A stretch of DNA of 62,435 nt, filler included, from Thermodesulfobacteriota bacterium (GCA_036381125.1; 8 parts of 8 records of this genome joined end to end with filler, not necessarily neighbours in it), one strand, 5' to 3'. Positions 10,251 to 18,663 are shown, counted from the whole stretch's first letter. Numbers and translations: made by a program. The notes: generated from the sequence alone by a model not told the origin.

Positions 10251-10612
10251 AAGTCGCCCTCACCGCGGTCGACGACCTCTTCTTCATCGCGAAGATCGAC
10301 CACGGCCTCGCGCAGGTGGGGTTCGAGCGGGAGGCGGTGTCGGAGGCGGAGGCGGTGCTGTCGGCCAGACGGGCGGGGCGGGGCGACCTGCTGATCCTCG
10401 ACCTCGGGCACCGGCGCGTCGACCCCTTCGCCCTGCTCGAGGCGGTGAAGGGGGACCCGGCGGGGCGCGACCTGCCGGTGCTCGCCTACGTCTCGCACGT
10501 CGACGCCGAACGGTGGGCCCGGGCGGAGGCCCTCGGCGCCGACAAGGTGGTTGCCCGGTCGGAGTTCTCGGCGCGACTGCCCCGGCTCGTGGCCGACCTC
10601 GCGCGCGCCTGA
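10247..10612 (+). CDS. Stand-alone receiver-like (CheY-fold) protein
   Basis: VDDLFF, LLILDL, AYVSH, ALGADKVV pattern; GTGA coupling to the Rieske gene. Confidence 0.75.
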   Translation: MKVALTAVDDLFFIAKIDHGLAQVGFEREAVSEAEAVLSARRAGRGDLLILDLGHRRVDPFALLEAVKGDPAGRDLPVLAYVSHVDAERWARAEALGADKVVARSEFSARLPRLVADLARA

Positions 10613-10643
10613 ACGTCGCGCCGACCGACCGGCGCGGCCGCGC

Positions 10644-11063
10644 CTAGTTGATCGTGTTCGACGTCGGCATCCCGATCGTGGTCGACCGCACCGAGAGCCC
10701 CGAGCCCTGGTGGTGAACGAGCAGCCAGGCGCCTGCCACCCGCTCGAACACGTTCGTCGCCGCCACCGCGCCTTCCATCGCCTCCCCGTTCGCGACCGCG
10801 GTGATGTGCTCCACACAGATCACCACGGCGAGACGCTCGCTCTCGAAGAGGTGAACGTTGGACACGCGGACGCGAAAGAGGTCGGTCGCTTCGAAGATCC
10901 GGCGCCAGGACGCTTCGACGGCCGCCCAGCCCTTGAGCGGCGCCTCGCCCGGATGCGCGCAGCGGACCTCGTCCGTCTGCTTCCAGACGCTGGCCATGGC
11001 GTCGAGGTCCTGCGCCTCCATGGCGCGGTAGAAGGCCGTGTTCGCGGCGATCGGCGTCGACAT
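10644..11063 (-). CDS. SnoaL/NTF2-like protein
   Basis: ANTAFYRAMEAQDLDAMASVW; CAHPG; ATNVFE; WLLVHHQGS. Confidence 0.85.
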   Translation of the reverse strand: MSTPIAANTAFYRAMEAQDLDAMASVWKQTDEVRCAHPGEAPLKGWAAVEASWRRIFEATDLFRVRVSNVHLFESERLAVVICVEHITAVANGEAMEGAVAATNVFERVAGAWLLVHHQGSGLSVRSTTIGMPTSNTIN

Positions 11064-11131
11064 GGTACGATCTTCGAATGCAGGCGAGCCGATGTCAAAC
11101 CGCCGAGGGCACCCAAGGAGGAGACGTATCG

Positions 11132-11611
11132 ATGGCTCGCCCCACCGCGAAGCTGACCGTCGGCGACGAGGCGCCCGACTTCACGCTGCCCGACCAGGAG
11201 GGCAGGCCCTGGAGGCTTGCCGGCCTCCGGGGCGCGAAGCACGCGGTGCTCGCGTTCGTCCCCGCCGCGTTCACGCCCGTCTGAACCGTCCAGATGCCGG
11301 CGTACGAGGAGGACCTCCCCGAGTTCGCCCGGTACGATGCCCAGGTCGTGGGCATCGACGTGGACAATCACCCATCCAACGCCGCCTGGGCCAGGTCGAT
11401 GGGCGGCCTGAGCTACCCGCTCCTGTCGGACTTCTGGCCGCACGGCTTCGTCGCGACGAAGTACCAGGTGCTCCGCCCGGAGGGCTACACCGAGCGCGCG
11501 ATCTTCGTCGTCGACAAGCAGGGGAAGATCGCGTACGTCGACATCCACGACATCAACGAGCAGCCGGACAACGGCGAACTCTTCAAGGTCCTGCGGACCC
11601 TGCAGCGCTAG
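11132..11611 (+). CDS. Selenocysteine-containing peroxiredoxin (AhpE-like); in-frame UGA 11282-11284 read as Sec51
   Basis: AGGAGG RBS. Two in-frame ORF halves are joined by a single TGA exactly at the peroxidatic site (PAAFTPV*TVQM, matching PxxxTxxC). LSDFWPHG and ERAIFVVDK motifs lie downstream. Confidence 0.9.
11301..11320 (+). promoter_or_regulatory. Candidate bacterial SECIS hairpin (peroxiredoxin)
   Basis: GAGG-AGGA-CCTC; the loop starts 25 nt after the UGA and contains G. Confidence 0.4.
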
Positions 11612-11627
11612 GCCGTCCGGAGCGTCG

Positions 11628-12308
11628 ATGACGATCGAGATGTCGCGCCTCTGCATCCCCTTCACGCCGCTCGCGCGCCCGCTCGCCGACTGCCGCGTGG
11701 CGCTCGTCTCCACGGCGGGCGTCTACGCGGCCGGCCAGGAGCCGTTCGATCCGGACAACGACGTCTCCATCCGCGTGGTGCCCTCGGGCGCGGCGACCGG
11801 CGCCTTGCGCGTCTCCCACGGGCACTACGACCACGCGTCGGCCGATCGCGATCCGAACGTCGTCTTCCCGCTCGACCGGCTCCGCGAGATGGCGGCGGCG
11901 GGCGAGATCAAGGAACTCGCGCCTGGCGCGGTCTCCATGGGCTTCACGCAGTCCTTCCGGGTCGTCCGGGACGAGACGACCCCCCGGATCGTCGACGAGG
12001 TGAACCGCTGGAGCGTCGACGCCTGCGTCCTCACGGCCGGCTGACCGCTCTGCCACAGGAGCGTGGTCACGATCCAGCGAGCCATCGAGATGACCGGCGT
12101 GTCGACCGTCCTGGTCACCGTGGACCCCGAGCAGTCCCGGGCCGCGCGGCCTCCGCGGGGGCTCTACCCGGAGGGCTTCCCCATCGGCGAGAGCCTCGGC
12201 CGGCCGGGCGAGCGCGAGGTCCAGCGGCACGTGCTGCACGACGCGCTCTCGCTCCTCGCCCGCTACCCGGAGGAGCCGGGGGGCATCGTCGCGCGCGCGT
12301 ACCGGTAG
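11628..12308 (+). CDS. Selenoprotein of the GrdB/PrdB (glycine/betaine/D-proline reductase B) family; in-frame UGA 12042-12044 read as Sec139
   Basis: PFTPLARPLADCRVALVSTAGVY; HYDH...DPNVVFPLDRLRE; VLTAG*PLCHRSVVTIQRAIE matches the PrdB TAG-U-xx-CHRS motif; both halves in frame. Confidence 0.88.
12058..12075 (+). promoter_or_regulatory. Candidate bacterial SECIS hairpin (PrdB-like gene)
   Basis: GGA-G-CGT-GGTC-ACG-A-TCC; GGUC loop 20 nt after the UGA. Confidence 0.45.
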
Positions 12309-12312
12309 GCGC

Positions 12313-13137
12313 GTGGTTCGGGTGCCGCCCAGGCTCGTCGGGCGCCACGAGCTGCTCGACGAGCCCCGCGTCGACCCTCGCGCCCTCGAGGCGAGCCTCG
12401 CGGACCTGCGCGTCATCAACCGCATCCTCGGCTACACGGCCGGCGCCGTGTCCGACGTGTGGCCGCTCGTCCGGGAGGCGGCGAGCCGGAGGCGAGGGCG
12501 GCCCGTGGTCGTCCTCGACGCCGGGGCCGGGTCCGCCGACATCGCCCTCGCGCTGGCCCGGCGAGCGGACCGCGAGCGCCTCCCCCTCACGGTGCTCGCG
12601 CTCGACAACCACCCGGAGGTGCTCGGCGTCGCGAGGCGGTACCTCGCTCGCGTCGGGCGGGGCGCCGGGGCCCGGGTGCGCCTGGTGCGGGGCGACGCGC
12701 TCTCGCTCCCGCTCGGCGACGGCGGCGTCGACGTCGCGCTCGCCTCCCTGCTCCTCCACCACCTCGACGGTGATGCGGCCGTGGCGCTCCTCCGCGAGCT
12801 GGCGCGGGTGGCCCGCACGGGCGTCGTCGTGAGCGACCTCGTCCGCCACCCGCTCGCCCTGCTCGGCATCCGCGTGCTCACCCGTCTCGGCCCCTTCCAC
12901 CCGATGACGCGCCACGACGGCGCGCTCTCGGTCCGGCGCGCCTACACCGAGGCGGAACTCCGCGACCTGGCGGCCCGCGCGGGCCTTGGCGAGCACGGCC
13001 GCGAGTTGCGGCATCCGCTCTGGCGAATGGCCTGGGTCTGGAGGCCGGCCGGTGACGCCCCTCGGCACTCCCCCGCAGCGCGTTTCGTGCCCGAGCCGTC
13101 CGGACCGGGCGATCTGCGAGGCACGTCGCGAGGTTAG
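12313..13137 (+). CDS. Class I SAM-dependent methyltransferase
   Basis: VLDAGAGSAD motif I; GDALSLP; SLLLHHL; SDLVR; HDGALSVRRAYT. Confidence 0.88.
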   Translation: MVRVPPRLVGRHELLDEPRVDPRALEASLADLRVINRILGYTAGAVSDVWPLVREAASRRRGRPVVVLDAGAGSADIALALARRADRERLPLTVLALDNHPEVLGVARRYLARVGRGAGARVRLVRGDALSLPLGDGGVDVALASLLLHHLDGDAAVALLRELARVARTGVVVSDLVRHPLALLGIRVLTRLGPFHPMTRHDGALSVRRAYTEAELRDLAARAGLGEHGRELRHPLWRMAWVWRPAGDAPRHSPAARFVPEPSGPGDLRGTSRG

Positions 13138-13140
13138 CTG

Positions 13141-13156
13141 TGGTACGGGTCTTGCT
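13141..13156 (+). promoter_or_regulatory. sigma54 (-24/-12) promoter upstream of cheW
   Basis: TGGTACG-GGTC-TTGCT (GG-N10-GC). Confidence 0.65.
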
Positions 13157-13197
13157 GCCCACTGCGGCGGCCCGCTCTCGCTCACGGAGGAGTCGCC

Positions 13198-13668
13198 GTG
13201 ATCAAGAAGTTCGTGACGCTCGGCCTCGGCGCGTCCCGATACGCCGTCGAGGTCAGCAAGGTGCGGGAGATCCTCGCCCGCTTCGAAGTCGCGCCGCTCC
13301 CCAAGACCCCGGCCTACATCGAGGGGATCATCAGCCTGCGCGGCGAGATCATCCCGGTCGTCGATCTTCGGGTCCGCTTCGAGCTTCCGGCGAAGGTCCG
13401 AGACGAGGAGACCCGGATCATCGTCGTCGAGCTGCCCGACTGCCAGGTCGGCATCAAGGTGGACCGCGTCTTCGAGGTCCTCAAGCTCGACGAGGCCGCC
13501 ATCGAGCCTCCGCCGCCCCTCGTGGCCGGCCTCAAGGCGGACTACCTCGAGGGCGTGTGCGAGGTGCAGGGCCGCCTCGTCACCATCCTGCGCCTCGACG
13601 CCATCCTCTCCACGACCGAGCGCATCCAGCTTGCCGAGGAGGTCGCCGCCGCGCAGGCGACCCTCTAG
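13198..13668 (+). CDS. cheW: Chemotaxis coupling protein CheW
   Basis: YAVEVSKVREI; LPKTPAYIEGIISLRGEIIPVVDLR; GIKVDRV. Confidence 0.92.
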   Translation: MIKKFVTLGLGASRYAVEVSKVREILARFEVAPLPKTPAYIEGIISLRGEIIPVVDLRVRFELPAKVRDEETRIIVVELPDCQVGIKVDRVFEVLKLDEAAIEPPPPLVAGLKADYLEGVCEVQGRLVTILRLDAILSTTERIQLAEEVAAAQATL

Positions 13669-13783
13669 GCGGACGCGACCCCCGGTGAGCCGGCGCTGAC
13701 CGCCGCTCGCCACGAGACGGGTGGACAAGCGGCCCGCGGCGATGCACCGTGTGGGGCACACGGTGCAGCGGGAGGTCCATGCC

Positions 13784-14224
13784 ATGGGTGTACGGATGCT
13801 GGTCGCGGTGGACGGCAGCGAGGGCAGCGAGCGAGCGCTGCGGGAGGCGCTCCGGCTCTCGGCGGGCGACAGGCCGCGTGTCCGCCTCGTCCACGTGCTC
13901 GACACGGCTCTCTACCTCGACGTGTTCGGCGAGGAGCCGCAGGTTCACGAGGCCTGGCGCCGTACGGGTCAGACGTACCTCGACCGCGCGGCCGCGATCG
14001 CGCAGGCCGCCGGCGCCGAGACCGAGACCGCGCTGATCGAGAAGCCCGGCGGACAGCGGACGAGCCGGGCGATCACCGACGAGGCGGAGCGCTGGGGGGC
14101 CGACCTGATCGTGCTCGGCACGCACGGGCGGCGCGGGCTCGATCACGTCCTCCTCGGGAGCGTCGCGGAAGGGGTTGTCCGCGCTGCCTCCGTCCCGGTC
14201 CTCACCGTTCGGGCCGCCTCCTGA
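13784..14224 (+). CDS. Universal stress protein (Usp)
   Basis: LVAVDGSEGS; DLIVLGTHGRRGLDHVLLGSVAEGVVR; GGAGG RBS. Confidence 0.92.
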   Translation: MGVRMLVAVDGSEGSERALREALRLSAGDRPRVRLVHVLDTALYLDVFGEEPQVHEAWRRTGQTYLDRAAAIAQAAGAETETALIEKPGGQRTSRAITDEAERWGADLIVLGTHGRRGLDHVLLGSVAEGVVRAASVPVLTVRAAS

Positions 14225-14347
14225 GCGTCGTCAAGGCTCACCCCTCGAGGGCCCGACCGCTGCGACCTCGATGCACCGTCCGCGCGGGAAGCCCTGCTCC
14301 CGCGGCGGGCGCGGTGCTGGCGCAGGGCAGGAAAGGTCGTTTCCCTC

Positions 14348-14845
14348 ATGCGTACCACCCGAACCGCCGCGGCCGCGCTCGCGTTCGCCCTGGCGGCGTC
14401 GCCCGCGATCGCCCAACAGAGCGGTACGTCGTCGACGCAGTCGCAGACGAGCCGGTCCGGCGGCCAGCAGGACGTGAGCCGGCAGGACCTCCAGAAGTAC
14501 GTCCAGGCCCTTCAGTCGATGTCCCAGGTCGAGCCCGACATCGAGCAGGCGCTCCAGCAGGGGCAGCCCGTGGATTTCTCGGTTCTCAACCGGGTCCCGC
14601 AGGACGACGCGAAAAAGGCCATCCAGCAGTCGGGGCTGTCGAACGACGAGTTCCGCTTCATCACCGAGAAGCTCGACCAGGACCCCTCGGTCAAGCAGCA
14701 GTTCCAGCAGGTCGCCCGGCAGCAGATGCAGCAGGGGGGCAGCCAGTCGGGCAGCATGTCCGGCTCGGGCGGCCCGCAACCGGGCGGCTCCCAGCCAGGC
14801 GGCGCGCAGTCCGGAGGTGCGCAGCCGTCGTCGAGCCCGCAGTAG
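14348..14845 (+). CDS. Secreted Gln/Ser/Gly-rich protein with a DUF4168-like core
   Basis: Signal peptide ending AIA-Q; AIQQSGLSNDEFRFI...DP; low-complexity tails. Confidence 0.65.
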   Translation: MRTTRTAAAALAFALAASPAIAQQSGTSSTQSQTSRSGGQQDVSRQDLQKYVQALQSMSQVEPDIEQALQQGQPVDFSVLNRVPQDDAKKAIQQSGLSNDEFRFITEKLDQDPSVKQQFQQVARQQMQQGGSQSGSMSGSGGPQPGGSQPGGAQSGGAQPSSSPQ

Positions 14846-14905
14846 CGCGGCGCGAGTGCGGGCGGGAGCGCAGGCCGCGCCCCGTCCGCGCCTCGCTCGA
14901 GGGCT

Positions 14906-15844
14906 TCAGCGGACGGTTCGCGACGTGACCGCGTGGGCGGCGCGCAGCAGGTGGAAGGTGATGAGCGCCTGCGTGATGGCGAGCGGGTTGCTGTGCCGCC
15001 GCTCGAAGCGATCGGCGTAGAGCCCGATGGCGGCCGGCAGCGGGCGCACGTCGGCGGGCATGGAGCGCCAGATCGCCTGCTCGACGCGGGCCGTCTCCTC
15101 GGGCGTGACCTGGCCGTCGATCTCCAGGAAGTCCACCGGCAGCCCGTCGTCGCGCCCCAGCGTCAGGCGGACCGGTCCGTCGTCGGCGTCTCCCAGGATG
15201 GCGCTCAGGTTGGGGTGGGGGATCCTCGGCCGCAGCACGAGCCGGACGTTGAGGTGGCCGTCCCCGCCGGCGGCCGGCCCGGATGCGCCGGGATGGAAGC
15301 GGACCACCAGGTCGGCGTGTGCGCGCTGCGGGCGGATGAAGCGGGCCGAGTCGGGCTCGCGCCGCTCGAGGTCGCGCAGCACCTCGTTGGGCGTGTACCC
15401 GCGCTTGGTCGTGTCGCGCGTGATCTTCCAGAGGCGCCTGAGTTCCTCGGCGGGGTCCAGGTAGACCTTCACGTCGAAGCACTCGCGCATCCGCTCCGTG
15501 TAGAGGCCGAAGAGGCCCTCGACGATGATGAAGCGCTTCGGCGACACGTACTCCGGCCGGGCGAGGGTGCCGTCGCGGTGGTCGTAGACCGGCTTGAGGA
15601 TCGGCTCGCCGCGACAGAGGCGCTGCAGGTCGAGCTCGAGCACGTCGAGGTAGTTGGCGTCCGGGTGGAGGGGCGTCAGGTTTCGGATCCGGCGCTCGTG
15701 GCGATCGTACTTGTGGTAGTCGTCGGTGCAGACCTTCGTGACGCGGTCCGGCCCGAGGATCTCGGCGATCCCGTCCGTGAGCGTCGTCTTGCCCGCCGCG
15801 CTGTCGCCGACGACGGCCAGTACGATCGGCCGCTCGAGTGCCAT
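14906..15844 (-). CDS. prk: Phosphoribulokinase (PRK/uridine kinase family, cyanobacterial/archaeal-type)
   Basis: VVGDSAAGKTT Walker A; DDYHKYDR; KPVYDH; IIVEGL; WKITRDTTKRGY; FIRPQR. Confidence 0.8.
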   Translation of the reverse strand: MALERPIVLAVVGDSAAGKTTLTDGIAEILGPDRVTKVCTDDYHKYDRHERRIRNLTPLHPDANYLDVLELDLQRLCRGEPILKPVYDHRDGTLARPEYVSPKRFIIVEGLFGLYTERMRECFDVKVYLDPAEELRRLWKITRDTTKRGYTPNEVLRDLERREPDSARFIRPQRAHADLVVRFHPGASGPAAGGDGHLNVRLVLRPRIPHPNLSAILGDADDGPVRLTLGRDDGLPVDFLEIDGQVTPEETARVEQAIWRSMPADVRPLPAAIGLYADRFERRHSNPLAITQALITFHLLRAAHAVTSRTVR

Positions 15845-15873
15845 GGCCCTCCCTCTTTGTGAAAATACTCTCA

Positions 15874-15902
15874 AGCATGGCCGCATGACCGGCGCTTGTC
15901 AA
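15874..15902 (-). promoter_or_regulatory. sigma70 promoter of prk
   Basis: TTGACA-N17-CATGCT. Confidence 0.6.
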
Positions 15903-15991
15903 CTTCCGCGAGCCTCGGGGCTCCCCGGTCGTGTCGGCAACGCGTCGCCGCGGCCGGTCGCGACCTCCCGGCGCGCCGGCTCGGCCGCCCC

Positions 15992-16090
15992 GGAAAACGG
16001 AAAGACCTGACCCCCTGGAAAACGAGTGGGGTCAGACCCCCTGGAAAACGGAAAGACCTGACCCCATGGAAAATGGAAAGACCTGACCCC
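15992..16090. repeat. Four tandem ~25-bp units GGAAAACGGAAAGACCTGACCCC(CT)
   Basis: Units start at 15992, 16017 (variant carrying the GGGGTCAGACCCC palindrome), 16043 and 16068. Confidence 0.9.
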
Positions 16091-16091
16091 G

Positions 16092-17246
16092 CTACGAGAG
16101 GGCCTGCTCGAGGTCCTCCAGGAGGTCGTCGACGTGCTCGATGCCGACGGAGAGGCGAACCATGGTGTCGGAGATGCCGAGCGCCGCGCGCCGCTCGGGC
16201 GGCAGCGAGGCGTGCGTCATGATCGCCGGGTGCTCGACGAGCGACTCGACGCCGCCGAGCGACTCGGCCAGGGCGAAGAGCCTGAGCCGCTCGAGGAACC
16301 GGCGCGCCTCCTCGAGGCCGCCGTGCAGGTCGCAGGTGATCATGCCGCCGAAGCCCCGCATCTGCCGCTTCGCGAGCGCGTGCTGCGGGTGGGACGGCAG
16401 CCCCGGGTAGCGCACCCGGGCGATCCTCGGATGCGTCTCGAGGAACCGCGCGATCGCCATGGCGTTGGCCTCGTGCTGCCGCATCCGGAGCGGGAGCGTC
16501 TTCACCCCGCGCATGGCGAGCCAGCTGTCCATGGGGCCCGCGACCGCGCCGATGGCGTTCTGCAGGAAGCCGAGGCGCTCCGCCAGGTCCTCGCGGTCGG
16601 TCACGACCACGCCGCCGATCACGTCCGAGTGCCCGGCCAGGTACTTGGTGGCCGAGTGGACCACCACGTCGATCCCGAAGCGGAGCGGCTGCTGGAAGTA
16701 GGGGCTCGGGAAGGTGTTGTCGCAGATGGTGAGCCATCCGTGCCGGCGGGCGACAGTGGCCATCGCCTCGAGATCGACGAGCTTCAGGGCGGGGTTGGTC
16801 GGGGTCTCGATCCAGACGCCGCGCGTCCGTCCGGTCGCCGCCCGGGCGAGGTTGGCCGGGTCGGTCAGGTCCGCGTAGGCGAAGTCGAGCCCGTAGTCGC
16901 GCAGCACCCGCTCGAACAGGCGGAAGGTGCCGCCGTACATGTCGTCCATCGCGATGACGTGGTCGCCCGCCTTGAAGAGGTGCATGACCGTCGTCGACGC
17001 GGCCATCCCGCTCGCGAAGGCGAAGCCGAAGCGGCCCCCCTCGAGCGCCGCCACGTTCGCCTCGTAGGCCGCTCGCGTCGGGTTCTTCGTGCGCGAGTAG
17101 TCGTAGCCGCGGTGCCGGCCCGGCGACTCCTGGACGAACGTCGAGGTCTGGTAGATCGGCGTCATGATGGCGCCGGTCGCGGGGTCGGGCTCCTGCCCCG
17201 CGTGGACCGCCAGCGTCTCGAACCGGTGCTCGGGCCTCGTCTTCAC
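16092..17246 (-). CDS. Cystathionine gamma-lyase/synthase (Cys/Met metabolism PLP enzyme)
   Basis: TPIYQTSTF; YSRTKNPTR; IETPTNP; HSATKYLAGHSD; AESLGGVESL. Confidence 0.93.
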   Translation of the reverse strand: MKTRPEHRFETLAVHAGQEPDPATGAIMTPIYQTSTFVQESPGRHRGYDYSRTKNPTRAAYEANVAALEGGRFGFAFASGMAASTTVMHLFKAGDHVIAMDDMYGGTFRLFERVLRDYGLDFAYADLTDPANLARAATGRTRGVWIETPTNPALKLVDLEAMATVARRHGWLTICDNTFPSPYFQQPLRFGIDVVVHSATKYLAGHSDVIGGVVVTDREDLAERLGFLQNAIGAVAGPMDSWLAMRGVKTLPLRMRQHEANAMAIARFLETHPRIARVRYPGLPSHPQHALAKRQMRGFGGMITCDLHGGLEEARRFLERLRLFALAESLGGVESLVEHPAIMTHASLPPERRAALGISDTMVRLSVGIEHVDDLLEDLEQALS

Positions 17247-17274
17247 GCCGTCCGCCTCCCTCGATCCTGCTTGC

Positions 17275-18663
17275 CTACTTGATCCGCTCGCCCAGGTAGG
17301 TGATCAGGTCGATCTTCGTCACGAGGCCGTAGAAGTCGTCGCCCCGCGTCACGATCGCCACCTCGCCCCGGTCGAGGATCGGCATGAGTGCCTCGGCCGG
17401 CGCGTCGGGGTCGACCGTGTTGAGCTTCGTGACGACGAGCCGCTCGATCGTGTCGGTCGCCGTGACCCGGCCCTGCACGAGCGGGACGACGAGGTCCGAC
17501 TCGTCGATGATGCCGAGGAGCTTGTCCCCCGCCATGACCGGCAGCTGCGAGATGCCGTGCGCCTTCATCTTGGTGATCACGTCGCGCACCGTGTCGAACT
17601 GCCCGCACGTGACGACCTCCCCGCGGTCGTACCGGCGCGAGACGACGTCCTTCACCGTGCCGAGCGCCACGCGCCGCTCGAAGAAGCCGGCCTCGCGCAT
17701 CCAGTCGTCGTTGTAGAGCTTCGACAGGTAGCGGCTGCCGCTGTCCGGCAGGACCACCACCACGTTGAGCGGCCGGCCGCCCGCCTCCTCGTGCTCGCGC
17801 ACGAAGCGGAGCGCGCCCACGACCGCGGCACCGCCCGAGCTGCCGGTGTAGAGGCCCTCGCTCGTGAGCAGCTCGCGCGCCATCAGGTAGGACTCCTTGT
17901 CGTTGACGCGCACGACCTCGTCGATCGCCGTGAGGTCCATCGTGCTCGGGAAGAAGTCCTCGCCGATCCCCTCGATGAGGTACGCGTGCGGCTCGACGAC
18001 CTCGCCACGCTCGAAGAAGTCCTTGTAGACCGATCCCTCGGGGTCCACGCCGACGATCCGGACGTCGGGCTTGCGCTCCTTGAGGTAGCGCGACACGCCG
18101 GTGATCGTGCCGCCGGTCCCCATCCCGGCCACGAAGGCGTCGATCTCGCCGCCGGTCTGCTCCCAGATCTCCGGGCCGGTGGTCCGGTAGTGGGCCAGCG
18201 GGTTGTCGGGGTTGTGGTACTGGTTCGCGTAGAAGGCGTTCGGCGTCTCCCGCGCGAGGCGCTCGGCGACGGAGTAGTAGCTGCGGGGGTCGTCCGGGGC
18301 GACGTTCGTGGGGGTGACGATCACCTTCGCGCCGAAGGCGCGGAGGTTCTGGATCTTCTCCTGGCTCTGCTTGTCCGGCATGACGAAGACGAGCCTGTAG
18401 CCCTTGATGGCGGCCACGAGCGCGAGCCCCATGCCGGTGTTGCCCGAGGTCGCCTCGACGATCGTCGCGCCAGGCCCGATGTCGCCCCGCCGCTCCGCCG
18501 CCTCGAGGATCGTCACGCCGATCCGGTCCTTGATCGACCCGCCCGGGTTCAGGTACTCGAGCTTGGCGGCGATCGTCGACCTGAGCCGCCCGGTCACCCG
18601 GTTGAGCTTCACGATCGGCGTCCCGCCGACCGCCTCGAGCACGTTCCGCTTCATCGCCTTCAT
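17275..18663 (-). CDS. cbs: Cystathionine beta-synthase with C-terminal CBS domains
   Basis: KLEYLNPGGSIKDR; EATSGNTG; GMGTGGT; IEGIG; PDSGSRYLSK; ISQLPV in the CBS pair. Confidence 0.9.
   Translation of the reverse strand: MKAMKRNVLEAVGGTPIVKLNRVTGRLRSTIAAKLEYLNPGGSIKDRIGVTILEAAERRGDIGPGATIVEATSGNTGMGLALVAAIKGYRLVFVMPDKQSQEKIQNLRAFGAKVIVTPTNVAPDDPRSYYSVAERLARETPNAFYANQYHNPDNPLAHYRTTGPEIWEQTGGEIDAFVAGMGTGGTITGVSRYLKERKPDVRIVGVDPEGSVYKDFFERGEVVEPHAYLIEGIGEDFFPSTMDLTAIDEVVRVNDKESYLMARELLTSEGLYTGSSGGAAVVGALRFVREHEEAGGRPLNVVVVLPDSGSRYLSKLYNDDWMREAGFFERRVALGTVKDVVSRRYDRGEVVTCGQFDTVRDVITKMKAHGISQLPVMAGDKLLGIIDESDLVVPLVQGRVTATDTIERLVVTKLNTVDPDAPAEALMPILDRGEVAIVTRGDDFYGLVTKIDLITYLGERIK

Noticed and set aside
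11282-12044. Genome-wide UGA reassignment (genetic code 4 or 25) as the explanation for the in-frame TGAs
   Set aside because: Many genes on the same contig end normally at TGA (10250, 10612, 14224, 20155), and both internal TGAs fall exactly on catalytic Cys/Sec positions
15992-16090. Possible mini-CRISPR array
   Set aside because: Units are head-to-tail with no unique spacers; no cas genes in the window
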